DNA of 64,000 nt from Escherichia phage ELT3, in sequence record PQ368571. One strand, given 5' to 3'. The notes beneath the pieces were generated by a model, which saw nothing but the letters and a program-made list of their open reading frames with translations, was not told the DNA's origin and did no database searches. This document shows, in pieces, positions 28,803 to 37,516 of this stretch. Position numbers and translations under genes: made by a program. Position 1 is the first letter of the stretch. Each line of letters opens with the position of its first letter.

Positions 28803-29126
28803 ATGTCAAAGCTGGTATACATTGTTATCATATCTGCGTTGCTGGGGGTGGGTGGCAATATGTGGTGGGAAAATAAAAAGGAGGTAGATCGACTGAATCA
28901 GGAATTTACAGAGTATAAGAAAAAGACAGATGAGAAGATGAAGGTCGTAGACTCACTACAAAAGGAGATGTACGGAATAAGAACTAAGTTTGCAGAAGAA
29001 CAAAACAAAGCAATGAAAGACGCTACACGAGGTTATGTAGTAGCACAAAAACCCAAGTTGGTAGAGAAACAGCTTAATGACTCATTTAAGGAGTTTACTG
29101 AAGAATTAAAGGAGGCTACTAAATGA
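28803..29126 (+). CDS. putative i-spanin (N-terminal transmembrane segment plus coiled coil)
   Basis: MSKLVYIVIISALLGVGG hydrophobic N-terminus then charged helical region; located next to pseT, where T4 has pseT.3. Confidence 0.5.
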   Translation: MSKLVYIVIISALLGVGGNMWWENKKEVDRLNQEFTEYKKKTDEKMKVVDSLQKEMYGIRTKFAEEQNKAMKDATRGYVVAQKPKLVEKQLNDSFKEFTEELKEATK

Positions 29127-29575
29127 GCATAGAAATATTGCCTACACAAGAGCAGATAAGCAATTTTAATCTGGTTGATTATCTGGGGATAGGTGCAAGC
29201 ATTATTATCCTGATGGTGTTTTCAATTTTCGTGATACACTGGATGTTTAAGAAAGCACATAAGAATTTTCAGACCGCCATAATCCATGTCTTCGCTGTGC
29301 CTATTGTATTTGCTCTTTCTTCGTGTACAATGGACCAGTATTCACAGGAACCGAAATTACATCCTCAACTACCAGCACCAATAGAAAAAGTTGACATTGA
29401 CCTGAAAGTGGATACAATAGACGGTAAACCTAGAGTTTCTATGTCGTGGGAGGACTCCCAAAAATTTAGAGTCTGGCTTGCGGATATTAAGAGATATACA
29501 CTTGAAAGTAAGTTGATCATGTGTTATTATCGAAAAGAACTTAATGAGGAACGGTGCAAACCGAAGGAGAAATAA
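29123..29575 (+). CDS. putative o-spanin lipoprotein (lipobox LSSC); mature product may start at internal ATG 29243
   Basis: ...VFALSSC lipobox after a hydrophobic stretch; ATGA overlap with upstream stop; adjacent to the i-spanin as for T4 pseT.2. Confidence 0.45.
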   Translation: MSIEILPTQEQISNFNLVDYLGIGASIIILMVFSIFVIHWMFKKAHKNFQTAIIHVFAVPIVFALSSCTMDQYSQEPKLHPQLPAPIEKVDIDLKVDTIDGKPRVSMSWEDSQKFRVWLADIKRYTLESKLIMCYYRKELNEERCKPKEK

Positions 29576-30453
29576 TGCCGAAATGTGAAGTGATTTTAAC
29601 CGTTGGTTGTTCTGGGTCCGGTAAAACTACATGGGCTATGGAAACGTGTAAACGGTTTAGTAATTATCGTAATGTGAATCGCGATGATCTTCGTCTTATG
29701 TTGTTTGGTGTTGACTCACATTTGAAATACAAGTACACTAAGGAAAAAGAAAAGCTGGTAGAGTCTATTCAGAGAATGATTGCTCGTGAGACTCTATCAC
29801 GCGGATTGAGTATCATTATCTCCGATACCAACCTGAAAGAAAAACATCGTGTATTCTACAAAGAACTTGCAAAAGAATTTAACGCGGTGTATACTGAACA
29901 AGTGTTCAATGAATCATTTGAGACACTAAAGAAACGTAATTTCTATCGCGGCGAGAAAGCAATTCCACTTTCTCATTTGCGCAACCAATTTTATCTGATG
30001 CAGGAATATATGGGTCAAGAAGTATACAAACCGAATACCATGCTGCCAAAGGCAGTGATCTTTGATATTGATGGAACATTAGCGGATAAGGGCGGTCGTC
30101 ATCCGTTTGACTGGACAAAGGTCAAAGAAGATAAACCGCGTCCGCAAGTGATCGAAATGCTTAAACTGTATCGTGATAATGGCTATCGTATCATTACATG
30201 CTCAGGGCGTGAGGATGTTTGCGAAGAAGATACTCTGCAATGGCTGCGTGAACAAGGTATTGAACCTAGTGATCACTTTCAACGTGAAACTAATGATCGT
30301 CGTCCTGATCATGAAGTGAAGAAAGAGATCTTCTTCTCTGAAATTGCACCGCGTTATCATGTTGTTTTGGCGGTAGATGACCGTGATCAAGTGGTTGACA
30401 TGTACCGCTCAATTGGTGTAGAATGTTTTCAGGTTAACTACGGAGAATTTTAA
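29575..30453 (+). CDS. pseT: polynucleotide 5'-kinase / 3'-phosphatase
   Basis: Similarity to T4 Pnk as recalled: kinase P-loop GCSGSGKTTWA, NRDD.R; phosphatase DxDxT motif (IFDIDGTLA), DDRDQVV, GVECFQV. Confidence 0.9.
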   Translation: MPKCEVILTVGCSGSGKTTWAMETCKRFSNYRNVNRDDLRLMLFGVDSHLKYKYTKEKEKLVESIQRMIARETLSRGLSIIISDTNLKEKHRVFYKELAKEFNAVYTEQVFNESFETLKKRNFYRGEKAIPLSHLRNQFYLMQEYMGQEVYKPNTMLPKAVIFDIDGTLADKGGRHPFDWTKVKEDKPRPQVIEMLKLYRDNGYRIITCSGREDVCEEDTLQWLREQGIEPSDHFQRETNDRRPDHEVKKEIFFSEIAPRYHVVLAVDDRDQVVDMYRSIGVECFQVNYGEF

Positions 30454-30656
30454 TGTTTACCGATAAACTCAAGCAATTAGGCGAAGCACTTGCTAAACGT
30501 GGTTTTAGTGTTGATATTGAACCAGCGCCAGTTATGCCGTTTAGCGATGAACGTCGCAGTGTATATGTCATCATGAGAAATAATCATGGTGTGAATACAT
30601 TCAATGTAAAACAGTATAGCGACGGATCAGTAGAATACTTTCGCGTATACGGTTAA
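30453..30656 (+). CDS. hypothetical protein (67 aa)
   Basis: Start overlaps pseT stop. Confidence 0.4.
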   Translation: MFTDKLKQLGEALAKRGFSVDIEPAPVMPFSDERRSVYVIMRNNHGVNTFNVKQYSDGSVEYFRVYG

Positions 30657-30677
30657 TTACTATGTGAGGATTATATT

Positions 30678-31184
30678 ATGTTGTCACAAACTTACATGCA
30701 GATCGCCTATCTGATCGCAAAGAACTCTAAATGTGTTTCGTGGAAGGTAGGCGCACTGATCGAAAAAGACGGGCGAATCATTTCTACTGGATTTAACGGA
30801 ACTCCAGCAGGGCAAGTAAATTGTAGCTGTCATGCACATAAAAACGGTTGGCTGGATGATGACGGCAAAATGATCCCAGAAAAACGACCAGAGCATAGTG
30901 CATGGTCACAGAAAAACGAGATCCATGCTGAATTAAATGCTATTTTGTTTGCTGCCCGTAGCGGTGTATCGATTGAAGGCGCTAGTATGTGGTGTACTGC
31001 TTCACCGTGTCCAGATTGCGCTAAAGCAATTGCAAACAGTGGTATTAAACATCTATACTATTGCGACACATATGATCGAAATGGTGGGCGTGATTGGGCT
31101 GATATTCTGAATAATGCAGATATTACGATCACGCGTATTCCAAAAGCATTATTGACTGATTTGAAGGGTATTGATAATGACTGA
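30678..31184 (+). CDS. cd: dCMP deaminase
   Basis: Cytidine/dCMP deaminase zinc motifs (HAELNAI and SPCPDCAKAI); synteny between pseT and gene 31. Confidence 0.85.
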   Translation: MLSQTYMQIAYLIAKNSKCVSWKVGALIEKDGRIISTGFNGTPAGQVNCSCHAHKNGWLDDDGKMIPEKRPEHSAWSQKNEIHAELNAILFAARSGVSIEGASMWCTASPCPDCAKAIANSGIKHLYYCDTYDRNGGRDWADILNNADITITRIPKALLTDLKGIDND

Positions 31185-31491
31185 ACAAGTTGATAATATC
31201 GCACTTCGTGAAGCACTAAAGAAAATGTTTTCGGTCGGTACTCACTCTTTGCAGTTTACTAAGAAAGATGGTACTGTCCGTGAGATGATCGCCACGCGAG
31301 ATCCGGCACTGATGCCGTTTGAAACATACGAAAAGTGGTTAGTTCCGAATGTTGAAAAACCGCGTAAAGAATCAGAAACATCTTTGCCAGTATATGAAAT
31401 TGCAGTTGAAGGTTTCCGTAGTTTTGGGCTTGATAGTCTGATTAATGTAGACGGGCTGACTCCAGCGCAGATCGTCGAAATTTATAAATAA
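31171..31491 (+). CDS. hypothetical protein (106 aa)
   Basis: ORF overlapping the cd stop. Confidence 0.45.
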   Translation: MIMTEQVDNIALREALKKMFSVGTHSLQFTKKDGTVREMIATRDPALMPFETYEKWLVPNVEKPRKESETSLPVYEIAVEGFRSFGLDSLINVDGLTPAQIVEIYK

Positions 31492-31532
31492 TTCATCATT
31501 AAACTGTATTGATTTGAAGAGGTAATAAAATT

Positions 31533-31856
31533 ATGACCGTTAAAACTCCTAAAGCACTTGGTGACTATGTGATCATTGAAGCTAAAGCAGAAAGCGCAGG
31601 GACAGAAGTAAAAAGCTCTATGGGGATCATTATTGAGCAAAAGCGCACTATGGGCGAGATTCCGCTGGTAGGTAAGATTATTGATATCGGTGAAACGGTA
31701 GATAAAGAATTGCTGGGTAAAACTGTTTTACTGCCACATGGCAAGATGAATAAAGTTCCTCATCCAGACGTTATTAACGGCGTTAAGAAGGAAGAAGAGA
31801 TCGACCTGAAATGGACTGTAACGCACAAACAGAATATTGTGGTAGTTTACGGTTAA
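31533..31856 (+). CDS. 31: co-chaperonin gp31 (GroES-like)
   Basis: 107 aa; GroES-like pattern (GDYVIIEAKAE, KVPHP); synteny. Confidence 0.75.
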   Translation: MTVKTPKALGDYVIIEAKAESAGTEVKSSMGIIIEQKRTMGEIPLVGKIIDIGETVDKELLGKTVLLPHGKMNKVPHPDVINGVKKEEEIDLKWTVTHKQNIVVVYG

Positions 31857-31867
31857 TGATTTTAAAC

Positions 31868-31896
31868 GGCGGGAAATAATCCCGCCTATATTTTGG
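31868..31896 (+). terminator. Intrinsic terminator after gene 31
   Basis: ggcgggaaataatcccgcc hairpin followed by a T-rich tract. Confidence 0.55.
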
Positions 31897-31939
31897 TTAT
31901 ATGATTTTGTAAGTTATTGATTATTAAGGAAATTTTATT

Positions 31940-32104
31940 ATGAAAACTATGAATGTAAACATCCACGAAATCCATACCGAAGTATTCACCGAAGAAGACC
32001 AGTTTGGTGTACGGGTAAACCCTCATTCGATTACTATCGATATTCCTAATGACGATTATGATCCGTTCTCTCTGATTAGCGAGATTAGTTTCAATGACTT
32101 CTGA
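31940..32104 (+). CDS. hypothetical small protein (54 aa)
   Basis: ORF with RBS; overlaps the next start. Confidence 0.35.
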   Translation: MKTMNVNIHEIHTEVFTEEDQFGVRVNPHSITIDIPNDDYDPFSLISEISFNDF

Positions 32105-32573
32105 AATTGATATCTATGCGGGTGGACCTTATCCATCGGGTGAATTGAGTAATTTCAATAAAAGACCATTCCGTCTATTTGGTTGCGATATTAACAGCAC
32201 AGAAGGATTTTTACAGGGGCTAAGATTTAAGAACCCTCAGAGACAAAGAGAAATCTTTTTGATGCACGGTGGCAAAGCAAAAAGAACCGGAAGAACTGAA
32301 AAGATTGAGAATAACATGTTATATTTTCAGGGTCGCCCGATTCATCGAATGAGTGAGCATTATTACAGACTGGCACATCTGGCATTTGTTACGATGGCAC
32401 GGAATAACCCAGAATTTTGTAAAGCATTACTCTCTACCGGAAATAAGAAATTACGTCATAGCATAGGTGGAACTGATCCGTTAAAGACTATATTGACTGA
32501 ATCGGAATTTTGTAGTATCCTCAATGATATTCGTGAACGTTTAACAAAACGAGGTGAAAATGTCAATTCTTAA
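32094..32573 (+). CDS. NADAR (YbiA-like, DUF1768) domain protein
   Basis: GELSNFNKRPF...GCDINSTEGFLQGLRF and ...NPEFCKALLSTGNKKL resemble the YbiA/NADAR core motifs as recalled. Confidence 0.55.
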   Translation: MTSEIDIYAGGPYPSGELSNFNKRPFRLFGCDINSTEGFLQGLRFKNPQRQREIFLMHGGKAKRTGRTEKIENNMLYFQGRPIHRMSEHYYRLAHLAFVTMARNNPEFCKALLSTGNKKLRHSIGGTDPLKTILTESEFCSILNDIRERLTKRGENVNS

Positions 32574-34056
32574 TATCATTAATCAGCTTGCAGCAACAGA
32601 CAAAACATCGCTGAAAGAAAAGATTCTGAAAGAATCCGCGAGCAATGAAACGCTGAAAGAATGCTTTTATCTGGCATATTGCAAACAGGTTACGTTTGGC
32701 GTAAAGAAATACGATAAACCGTCTCGCTATTCGTCTGTATTGTCTTTATCCGGTGCATTACAGGTCTTTAAAAATAAACTTGCCACGCGTCAAGTAACTG
32801 GTAATGCAGCATTACAGCTAGTTACCGATACTCTGACTTGCTTGTCAGAAGATGATGCTAAAGTTGCAATGATGGTCCTGAATCGTGATCTGGAATGTGG
32901 TTGTTCCGCTACTACTGCAAACAAGGTATGGAAGAAACTGATCCCCCAGCAGCCGTGCCACCTTGCATCGTCATGTTCTGATAAGACTATTGCTAATATC
33001 AAGTATCCGGCGTATGCACAACTTAAAAGCGATGGCGCTCGTGGTATGGCTGATATTGACGGGGAAACATTAGCAATCTATACCCGCTCAGGTAATACCT
33101 ATCAAGGGCTTGATGATTTGTTTGCGGTTTTAGAGCGTCTACGAGGACGTGGAATTGTTCTAGATGGCGAATTGGTATATATGCCTACCCTTTCGCAAAC
33201 ACCAGCGCAGAACTTCGTTGAAAGCGTTTATGATGGTACTCTGTCATGGATATTTGAAGAAGAGGAAATGCCATTAACGCCAGTAGCGGAAGCAGTGAAA
33301 GAATCCGTTGTTGCAGATCGTCAGACCGGAAATGGTATCCTCAACAAATCACTTAAAGGAACTATTCCAAAAGAAGAAGCCCAATGTATTGTTTACACTG
33401 TCTGGGATGTTATCGACCGTGATGTGTATTACGGAAACGAGAAAGCAACGAAGCAATATAAAGATCGATTCGAAGAACTAAAACAGATTGTTGAAGAACT
33501 TAACGATCCTCGTGTTCAGATCATCGAAAACACTGTAGTTAACAATATCGATGAAGCTCGCGAAGTATATCATCGTTATGTCAACATGGGCTTAGAAGGT
33601 ATTATCCTTAAAAATTTACATGGTGTATTTGAAGATCGCCGTAGTAAAGATCAGGTTAAATTTAAAGAAGTGATTGACTTCGACGCGGAAATTGTTGATG
33701 TATATCCGCATAGTAAAGACCCCAATAAGGTAGGCGGTTTTACTGTCCGTAGTGCGTGCGGACGAATGATGACTAACACCGGATCGGGATTAACCGACAC
33801 TACAACCGAAAAAGGTGATGATGGTACTGAACGTGTAATTCCGTTCGATCGTCGAAATGAACTCGACCGAGAAATGTTATGGGCTGACCGTCATAACCTG
33901 ATTGGAAAAGTTATTGAGATGACATGCAACGGGTATATCCGCAGCAAATCACGTAAAGAAGATGAACCGGAGTTCTCTTTATTTCTCCCGATCATCAAAC
34001 GTATTCGATACGACAAGACCACTGCAAATACAGTAAAAGAGGTATTCGATGTGTGA
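32554..34056 (+). CDS. 30: ATP-dependent DNA ligase
   Basis: 500 aa; similarity to T4 ligase as recalled (TGNAA, MMVLNRDLECG, adenylation motif AQLKSDGAR, DGELVY, LEGIILKN, FLPI..R.R.DKT.ANT). Confidence 0.9.
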   Translation: MKMSILNIINQLAATDKTSLKEKILKESASNETLKECFYLAYCKQVTFGVKKYDKPSRYSSVLSLSGALQVFKNKLATRQVTGNAALQLVTDTLTCLSEDDAKVAMMVLNRDLECGCSATTANKVWKKLIPQQPCHLASSCSDKTIANIKYPAYAQLKSDGARGMADIDGETLAIYTRSGNTYQGLDDLFAVLERLRGRGIVLDGELVYMPTLSQTPAQNFVESVYDGTLSWIFEEEEMPLTPVAEAVKESVVADRQTGNGILNKSLKGTIPKEEAQCIVYTVWDVIDRDVYYGNEKATKQYKDRFEELKQIVEELNDPRVQIIENTVVNNIDEAREVYHRYVNMGLEGIILKNLHGVFEDRRSKDQVKFKEVIDFDAEIVDVYPHSKDPNKVGGFTVRSACGRMMTNTGSGLTDTTTEKGDDGTERVIPFDRRNELDREMLWADRHNLIGKVIEMTCNGYIRSKSRKEDEPEFSLFLPIIKRIRYDKTTANTVKEVFDV

Positions 34057-34525
34057 TAATGAAGGGGCGAAAGCCCCTAAACCTAAAAAAATGTCAAAGA
34101 AAGAGCAACGCCAGATCCTGAAAATGAAATATGGTGGACGTTGTGCCTATTGTGGCGAGGAACTAGGGGATCGCTGGCACGCAGACCACATCAAACCAGT
34201 ATTGCGACGCTCAAAAGTAGTCTATGATGAAAATGGACGAATTGCCCGTAATGATGATGGATCGTGGAAGTATAAGGTTGTAGGAATGCATAAACCGGAA
34301 CATGATATACTTGATAACATGAATCCGTCGTGTGTGCAATGCAATCTTTATAAAAGCTGTATGGGCTTAGAATACTGGCGTAAGTGTATACGCGAGAACT
34401 TCCAGAAATACATTCAGCGCAATATGGGGTTGCGAGCGGCTAAACGCTTTGGCTTACTGTCAATCCACGACCAGCCAGTAGAATTTTATTTCGAAAAGTA
34501 TGAGCGCGAGCATCAAGAAAAATAA
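34049..34525 (+). CDS. HNH endonuclease
   Basis: CAYCG...HADHIKP...N...CVQCN HNH/zinc-finger signature; start may be the internal Met (MSKKEQ). Confidence 0.6.
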   Translation: MCDNEGAKAPKPKKMSKKEQRQILKMKYGGRCAYCGEELGDRWHADHIKPVLRRSKVVYDENGRIARNDDGSWKYKVVGMHKPEHDILDNMNPSCVQCNLYKSCMGLEYWRKCIRENFQKYIQRNMGLRAAKRFGLLSIHDQPVEFYFEKYEREHQEK

Positions 34526-34539
34526 TTCAAAAAAAGTTG

Positions 34540-34602
34540 TTGACAGGGGATCACCGATCCCCTATACTACACACATACCGAAACGAACTAGGAGAATCAA
34601 TT
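34540..34602 (+). promoter_or_regulatory. PeSL-like early promoter cassette (stem-loop ggggatcaccgatcccc)
   Basis: TTGACA at 34540, -10 TATACT at 34563, conserved leader ACACATACCGAAACGAA...AGGAGAATCAA. Confidence 0.65.
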
Positions 34603-34782
34603 ATGAACTTCAACGAAATCATCGCTAAAATCCGCTACAACGAAGAAACCATTGAACTGATGCAAAACAATATCACCAATGGTTATATGATTGCAGCGTC
34701 ACAAGAAATCATTGATTTGACGGTAGCAGAAAATGCTCAGTTGAAACATCAACTTTCAACGGCTGGCGTGATTGTTATGTAA
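34603..34782 (+). CDS. hypothetical small protein (59 aa)
   Basis: ATG after cassette leader. Confidence 0.45.
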   Translation: MNFNEIIAKIRYNEETIELMQNNITNGYMIAASQEIIDLTVAENAQLKHQLSTAGVIVM

Positions 34783-34799
34783 TAAAGAGAGGTGACTAA

Positions 34800-35102
34800 A
34801 TGGCCAAAGTTCAGGTAGGTGAGGTCTTCAAAATGGAAGACCATACCGTGGAAGAGATGAAAGGCGCAGTATTGAAAGTAATTAATTCAATGTGGCGTAG
34901 TGTGCTTTACATCAACTTTATCGACGGTGATGTGTGGTGGGCTAGCGATAGCGATAAATGGGATATCAAGTTCTACAAAGGCCATACTCACTGGTTAGGG
35001 TCCGAGGATGTTGTAGAAGTTCTGGCGGTTGATGTTATGCCAGGCGAGATCGAGAATCTTAGCGGAACAGCAAAAGAAGCATTGACACGCCATTTTGCGT
35101 AA
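34800..35102 (+). CDS. HxHW-family small protein (paralog family member 1 of 5)
   Basis: KGHTHWLGSEDVVEVLAVDV motif shared with ORFs at 36153, 36832, 37142, 37853. Confidence 0.55.
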   Translation: MAKVQVGEVFKMEDHTVEEMKGAVLKVINSMWRSVLYINFIDGDVWWASDSDKWDIKFYKGHTHWLGSEDVVEVLAVDVMPGEIENLSGTAKEALTRHFA

Positions 35103-35158
35103 TGTAGTATAACAATAATCGGGAGGGTAATACTCTCCCACAAATTGAGGATAATATT

Positions 35159-35350
35159 ATGTGTGGTCTTAAAATGGTTGCTGAATATAAGCGAACTGGT
35201 AATGTTATGATGTATCGACGCAATGCCAACGAAGAATGGAAACCTTCAAACCGCATTAAATCCATCCAGACGTTTATGAATAACATCAAAGAAAACCTTT
35301 TCGTTAAGCGTGCTGGTGTTGGACATTGGGAAGTTTACGAAGCTGTATAA
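35159..35350 (+). CDS. hypothetical small protein (63 aa)
   Basis: ORF with RBS GAGGA. Confidence 0.35.
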   Translation: MCGLKMVAEYKRTGNVMMYRRNANEEWKPSNRIKSIQTFMNNIKENLFVKRAGVGHWEVYEAV

Positions 35351-35366
35351 TTTTGAGGAAATTACT

Positions 35367-35660
35367 ATGGAACATACTAATTTGTTTGTAGCCGAACCTT
35401 TCGTTGAAGGCAATAAAAATCTTGCTAATACCGTTATTCTTTATGAAGATTGGATCTTTTACATCGACGAGCATTTAGATGTATTTTGTCGCACAGATAA
35501 AAGTGACCAATTTCCAATTGAAAAAAATCGAACATCAAATCATTGGTACGGCGGGAATGACGAAACCGACCTAGCTATTGTTCTCGAATCAGGCGTAGAA
35601 TCTGAACATGCCAATGAAGTGGCAGACAAATTTATGAAATACGCATATAAAGCATTATAA
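35367..35660 (+). CDS. hypothetical protein (97 aa)
   Basis: RBS GAGGAAA before internal ATG of track ORF 35310..35660. Confidence 0.4.
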   Translation: MEHTNLFVAEPFVEGNKNLANTVILYEDWIFYIDEHLDVFCRTDKSDQFPIEKNRTSNHWYGGNDETDLAIVLESGVESEHANEVADKFMKYAYKAL

Positions 35661-35665
35661 AGTTG

Positions 35666-35728
35666 TTGCCAGGGGATCGGTGATCCCCTATAATACACAC
35701 ATACCAACGAGATATAGGAGAATCAAAA
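35666..35728 (+). promoter_or_regulatory. PeSL-like early promoter cassette (TTGCCA, stem-loop ggggatcggtgatcccc, -10 TATAAT)
   Basis: -35 variant at 35666, -10 at 35689. Confidence 0.6.
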
Positions 35729-35896
35729 ATGTTCCAGACTAAAGCAGAATGCGAAGCATACATTGTAGCAAATCACGGTGAAGACTACCTGAAATTCGAT
35801 ATCGTAGTGGCACAGAAGATCACCGGAATGGTTGCAAAATATCTGGGTGTTAAAGAAGGTTACTATCCTAGCAACGCACCAGAAATTAACAAATAA
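35729..35896 (+). CDS. small protein (55 aa), near-identical paralog of 38985..39152
   Basis: MFQTKAECEAY...GYYPSNAPEINK versus MFETKAACEAY...GYYPSNAPEINK. Confidence 0.55.
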   Translation: MFQTKAECEAYIVANHGEDYLKFDIVVAQKITGMVAKYLGVKEGYYPSNAPEINK

Positions 35897-35898
35897 TA

Positions 35899-35960
35899 GT
35901 TGACAATGATTAAAGGGAGTAGTAAGATACTCCCATCAAGACAACAAACGGAGAATCAAA
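35899..35960 (+). promoter_or_regulatory. PeSL-like early promoter cassette (stem-loop gggagtagtaagatactccc)
   Basis: TTGACA at 35899, -10 TAAGAT at 35923. Confidence 0.65.
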
Positions 35961-36140
35961 ATGAAAGCTATCGAAGTTCAGAAGTACATGGAACTCATCA
36001 TTGAAGGTAAAGCACATACAGTATTGACTACCCACGTAGGATATGATAAAAATGTGCATATGCTGGTAGACAATATCGGTTGGATGAAGTTTAATCCTAA
36101 CGAGAATGTACAAGCTCAAGAAATGACCATCCCTTTCTAA
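35961..36140 (+). CDS. hypothetical small protein (59 aa)
   Basis: ATG after cassette leader. Confidence 0.45.
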   Translation: MKAIEVQKYMELIIEGKAHTVLTTHVGYDKNVHMLVDNIGWMKFNPNENVQAQEMTIPF

Positions 36141-36152
36141 GAGGAATATATT

Positions 36153-36431
36153 ATGATGCGAATTACTGCAACGCTGGATAAGACACACAAAGAAAGATTT
36201 TTAGGTATGATCTTAAAAACGCCGATTTTCGATAATTACCTTTATGTTGACTATGACGGTCACATTAGCTATAAATGTAAAAATGATATTCGTGATTCCT
36301 TTGGTGATAAATCACAAGCCGATATTCATGACCACTGGTGGAACCATGACGAACCTTTACGAGTTATCGCAGTTGATGTAAAAACAACAAAAGAAGCTGA
36401 TAAGGTAGTGAATGATTATGAGCAAATTTAA
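36153..36431 (+). CDS. HxHW-family small protein (member 2)
   Basis: DIHDHWWNHDEPLRVIAVDV motif. Confidence 0.55.
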   Translation: MMRITATLDKTHKERFLGMILKTPIFDNYLYVDYDGHISYKCKNDIRDSFGDKSQADIHDHWWNHDEPLRVIAVDVKTTKEADKVVNDYEQI

Positions 36432-36627
36432 AGAATACAAAGCATATCAACAGATTTTGCGAGTATACGCACCAGAGTTCGCCGAAAAGATGATGGAAGA
36501 TGCATCAAAATGCCCGTCCTTTTCTGGAAACAAAAACCATTATTCGACTGGTATTGTGTCATGGAAAGAAACCGCATATACTCAACAATGGATAGAGGTT
36601 TTCTCAAAAACTCTTGATTGGTGTTAA
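36418..36627 (+). CDS. small protein (SKFKEYKAY family), tandem paralog 1
   Basis: MSKFKEYKAY...MMEDA...GIVSWKET; paralog of 36630..36845. Confidence 0.5.
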   Translation: MSKFKEYKAYQQILRVYAPEFAEKMMEDASKCPSFSGNKNHYSTGIVSWKETAYTQQWIEVFSKTLDWC

Positions 36628-36629
36628 TT

Positions 36630-36845
36630 ATGAGCAAATTTAAAGATTATCGAGCATATAAAGCGATCTGCGATATATTCGATGAAAAGACCGCTCATGC
36701 AATGATGGAAGATGCAGAACAATATGAATCATTCGTCAATTCCAAAGATTGCACAGTAAACGGGATTGTGTGCTGGAAAGATACAAAGTATGAAGAAAAA
36801 TGGATTACTGTGTATTACGGAGAACTAGAATATGAAATTAACTAA
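36630..36845 (+). CDS. small protein (SKFKDYRAY family), tandem paralog 2
   Basis: MSKFKDYRAY...MMEDA...GIVCWKDT. Confidence 0.5.
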   Translation: MSKFKDYRAYKAICDIFDEKTAHAMMEDAEQYESFVNSKDCTVNGIVCWKDTKYEEKWITVYYGELEYEIN

Positions 36846-37152
36846 AAATATTTTCCCAGAATTGCGTAACTGTCTGTTACTGGTTACTGAATATAAACCT
36901 TATACGATCTATTTGTACGTCGATGAAAATCTGAAAATCCGTTACTATGATTATACGTCTCCGGTGATGAAATCATTTGCTCACTCGATCGCAAATAACT
37001 GTATGAATCACAATCATTGGGTATCAGAAACGGATGACGATGCGTCAGAAGTTGTAGTGGTTGCATGGAATCTATCACCATCGGAAGCAGATCAAGCACG
37101 CATTAAGCATTATGCGAAAAACAATTGGTTTGACCTTATAAGTGAGGACTAA
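36832..37152 (+). CDS. HxHW-family small protein (member 3)
   Basis: NHNHWVSETDDDASEVVVVAWNL motif. Confidence 0.5.
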   Translation: MKLTKNIFPELRNCLLLVTEYKPYTIYLYVDENLKIRYYDYTSPVMKSFAHSIANNCMNHNHWVSETDDDASEVVVVAWNLSPSEADQARIKHYAKNNWFDLISED

Positions 37153-37435
37153 TATTATGTTCAAAGTAGGTGATAAGTTTATTCTTAGTCGTGATATTAT
37201 CCCTAATCTGAAAGGTTGTATCATCAATCCTAGTAAAAATTCATGGTTTTATCTGTTTATCGACGACAAACTGAATGTACGCGCCGAATATAAAGAAGGT
37301 CTTCGCACTGGCCTCGGTTTCTTTAACGATCACGATCATAGCCATTGGCTAAACGGTGGATTCGAAGCAACGGTGCTCGCGGTTGATGTGACCTACACAA
37401 ACATCATAGAAAAATATCAAAAAATTATTTTATAA
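37142..37435 (+). CDS. HxHW-family small protein (member 4)
   Basis: HDHSHWLNGGFEATVLAVDV motif. Confidence 0.55.
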   Translation: MRTNIMFKVGDKFILSRDIIPNLKGCIINPSKNSWFYLFIDDKLNVRAEYKEGLRTGLGFFNDHDHSHWLNGGFEATVLAVDVTYTNIIEKYQKIIL

Positions 37436-37441
37436 AAAGTG

Positions 37442-37516
37442 TTGACATAAGATCGGGTGTATAGCATAATACACCCATCGAAACGAGATACACTTTCTAA
37501 CTAGGAGAATCAAATT
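37442..37516 (+). promoter_or_regulatory. PeSL-like early promoter cassette (stem-loop gggtgtatagcataatacaccc)
   Basis: TTGACA at 37442, -10 CATAAT at 37465. Confidence 0.65.
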
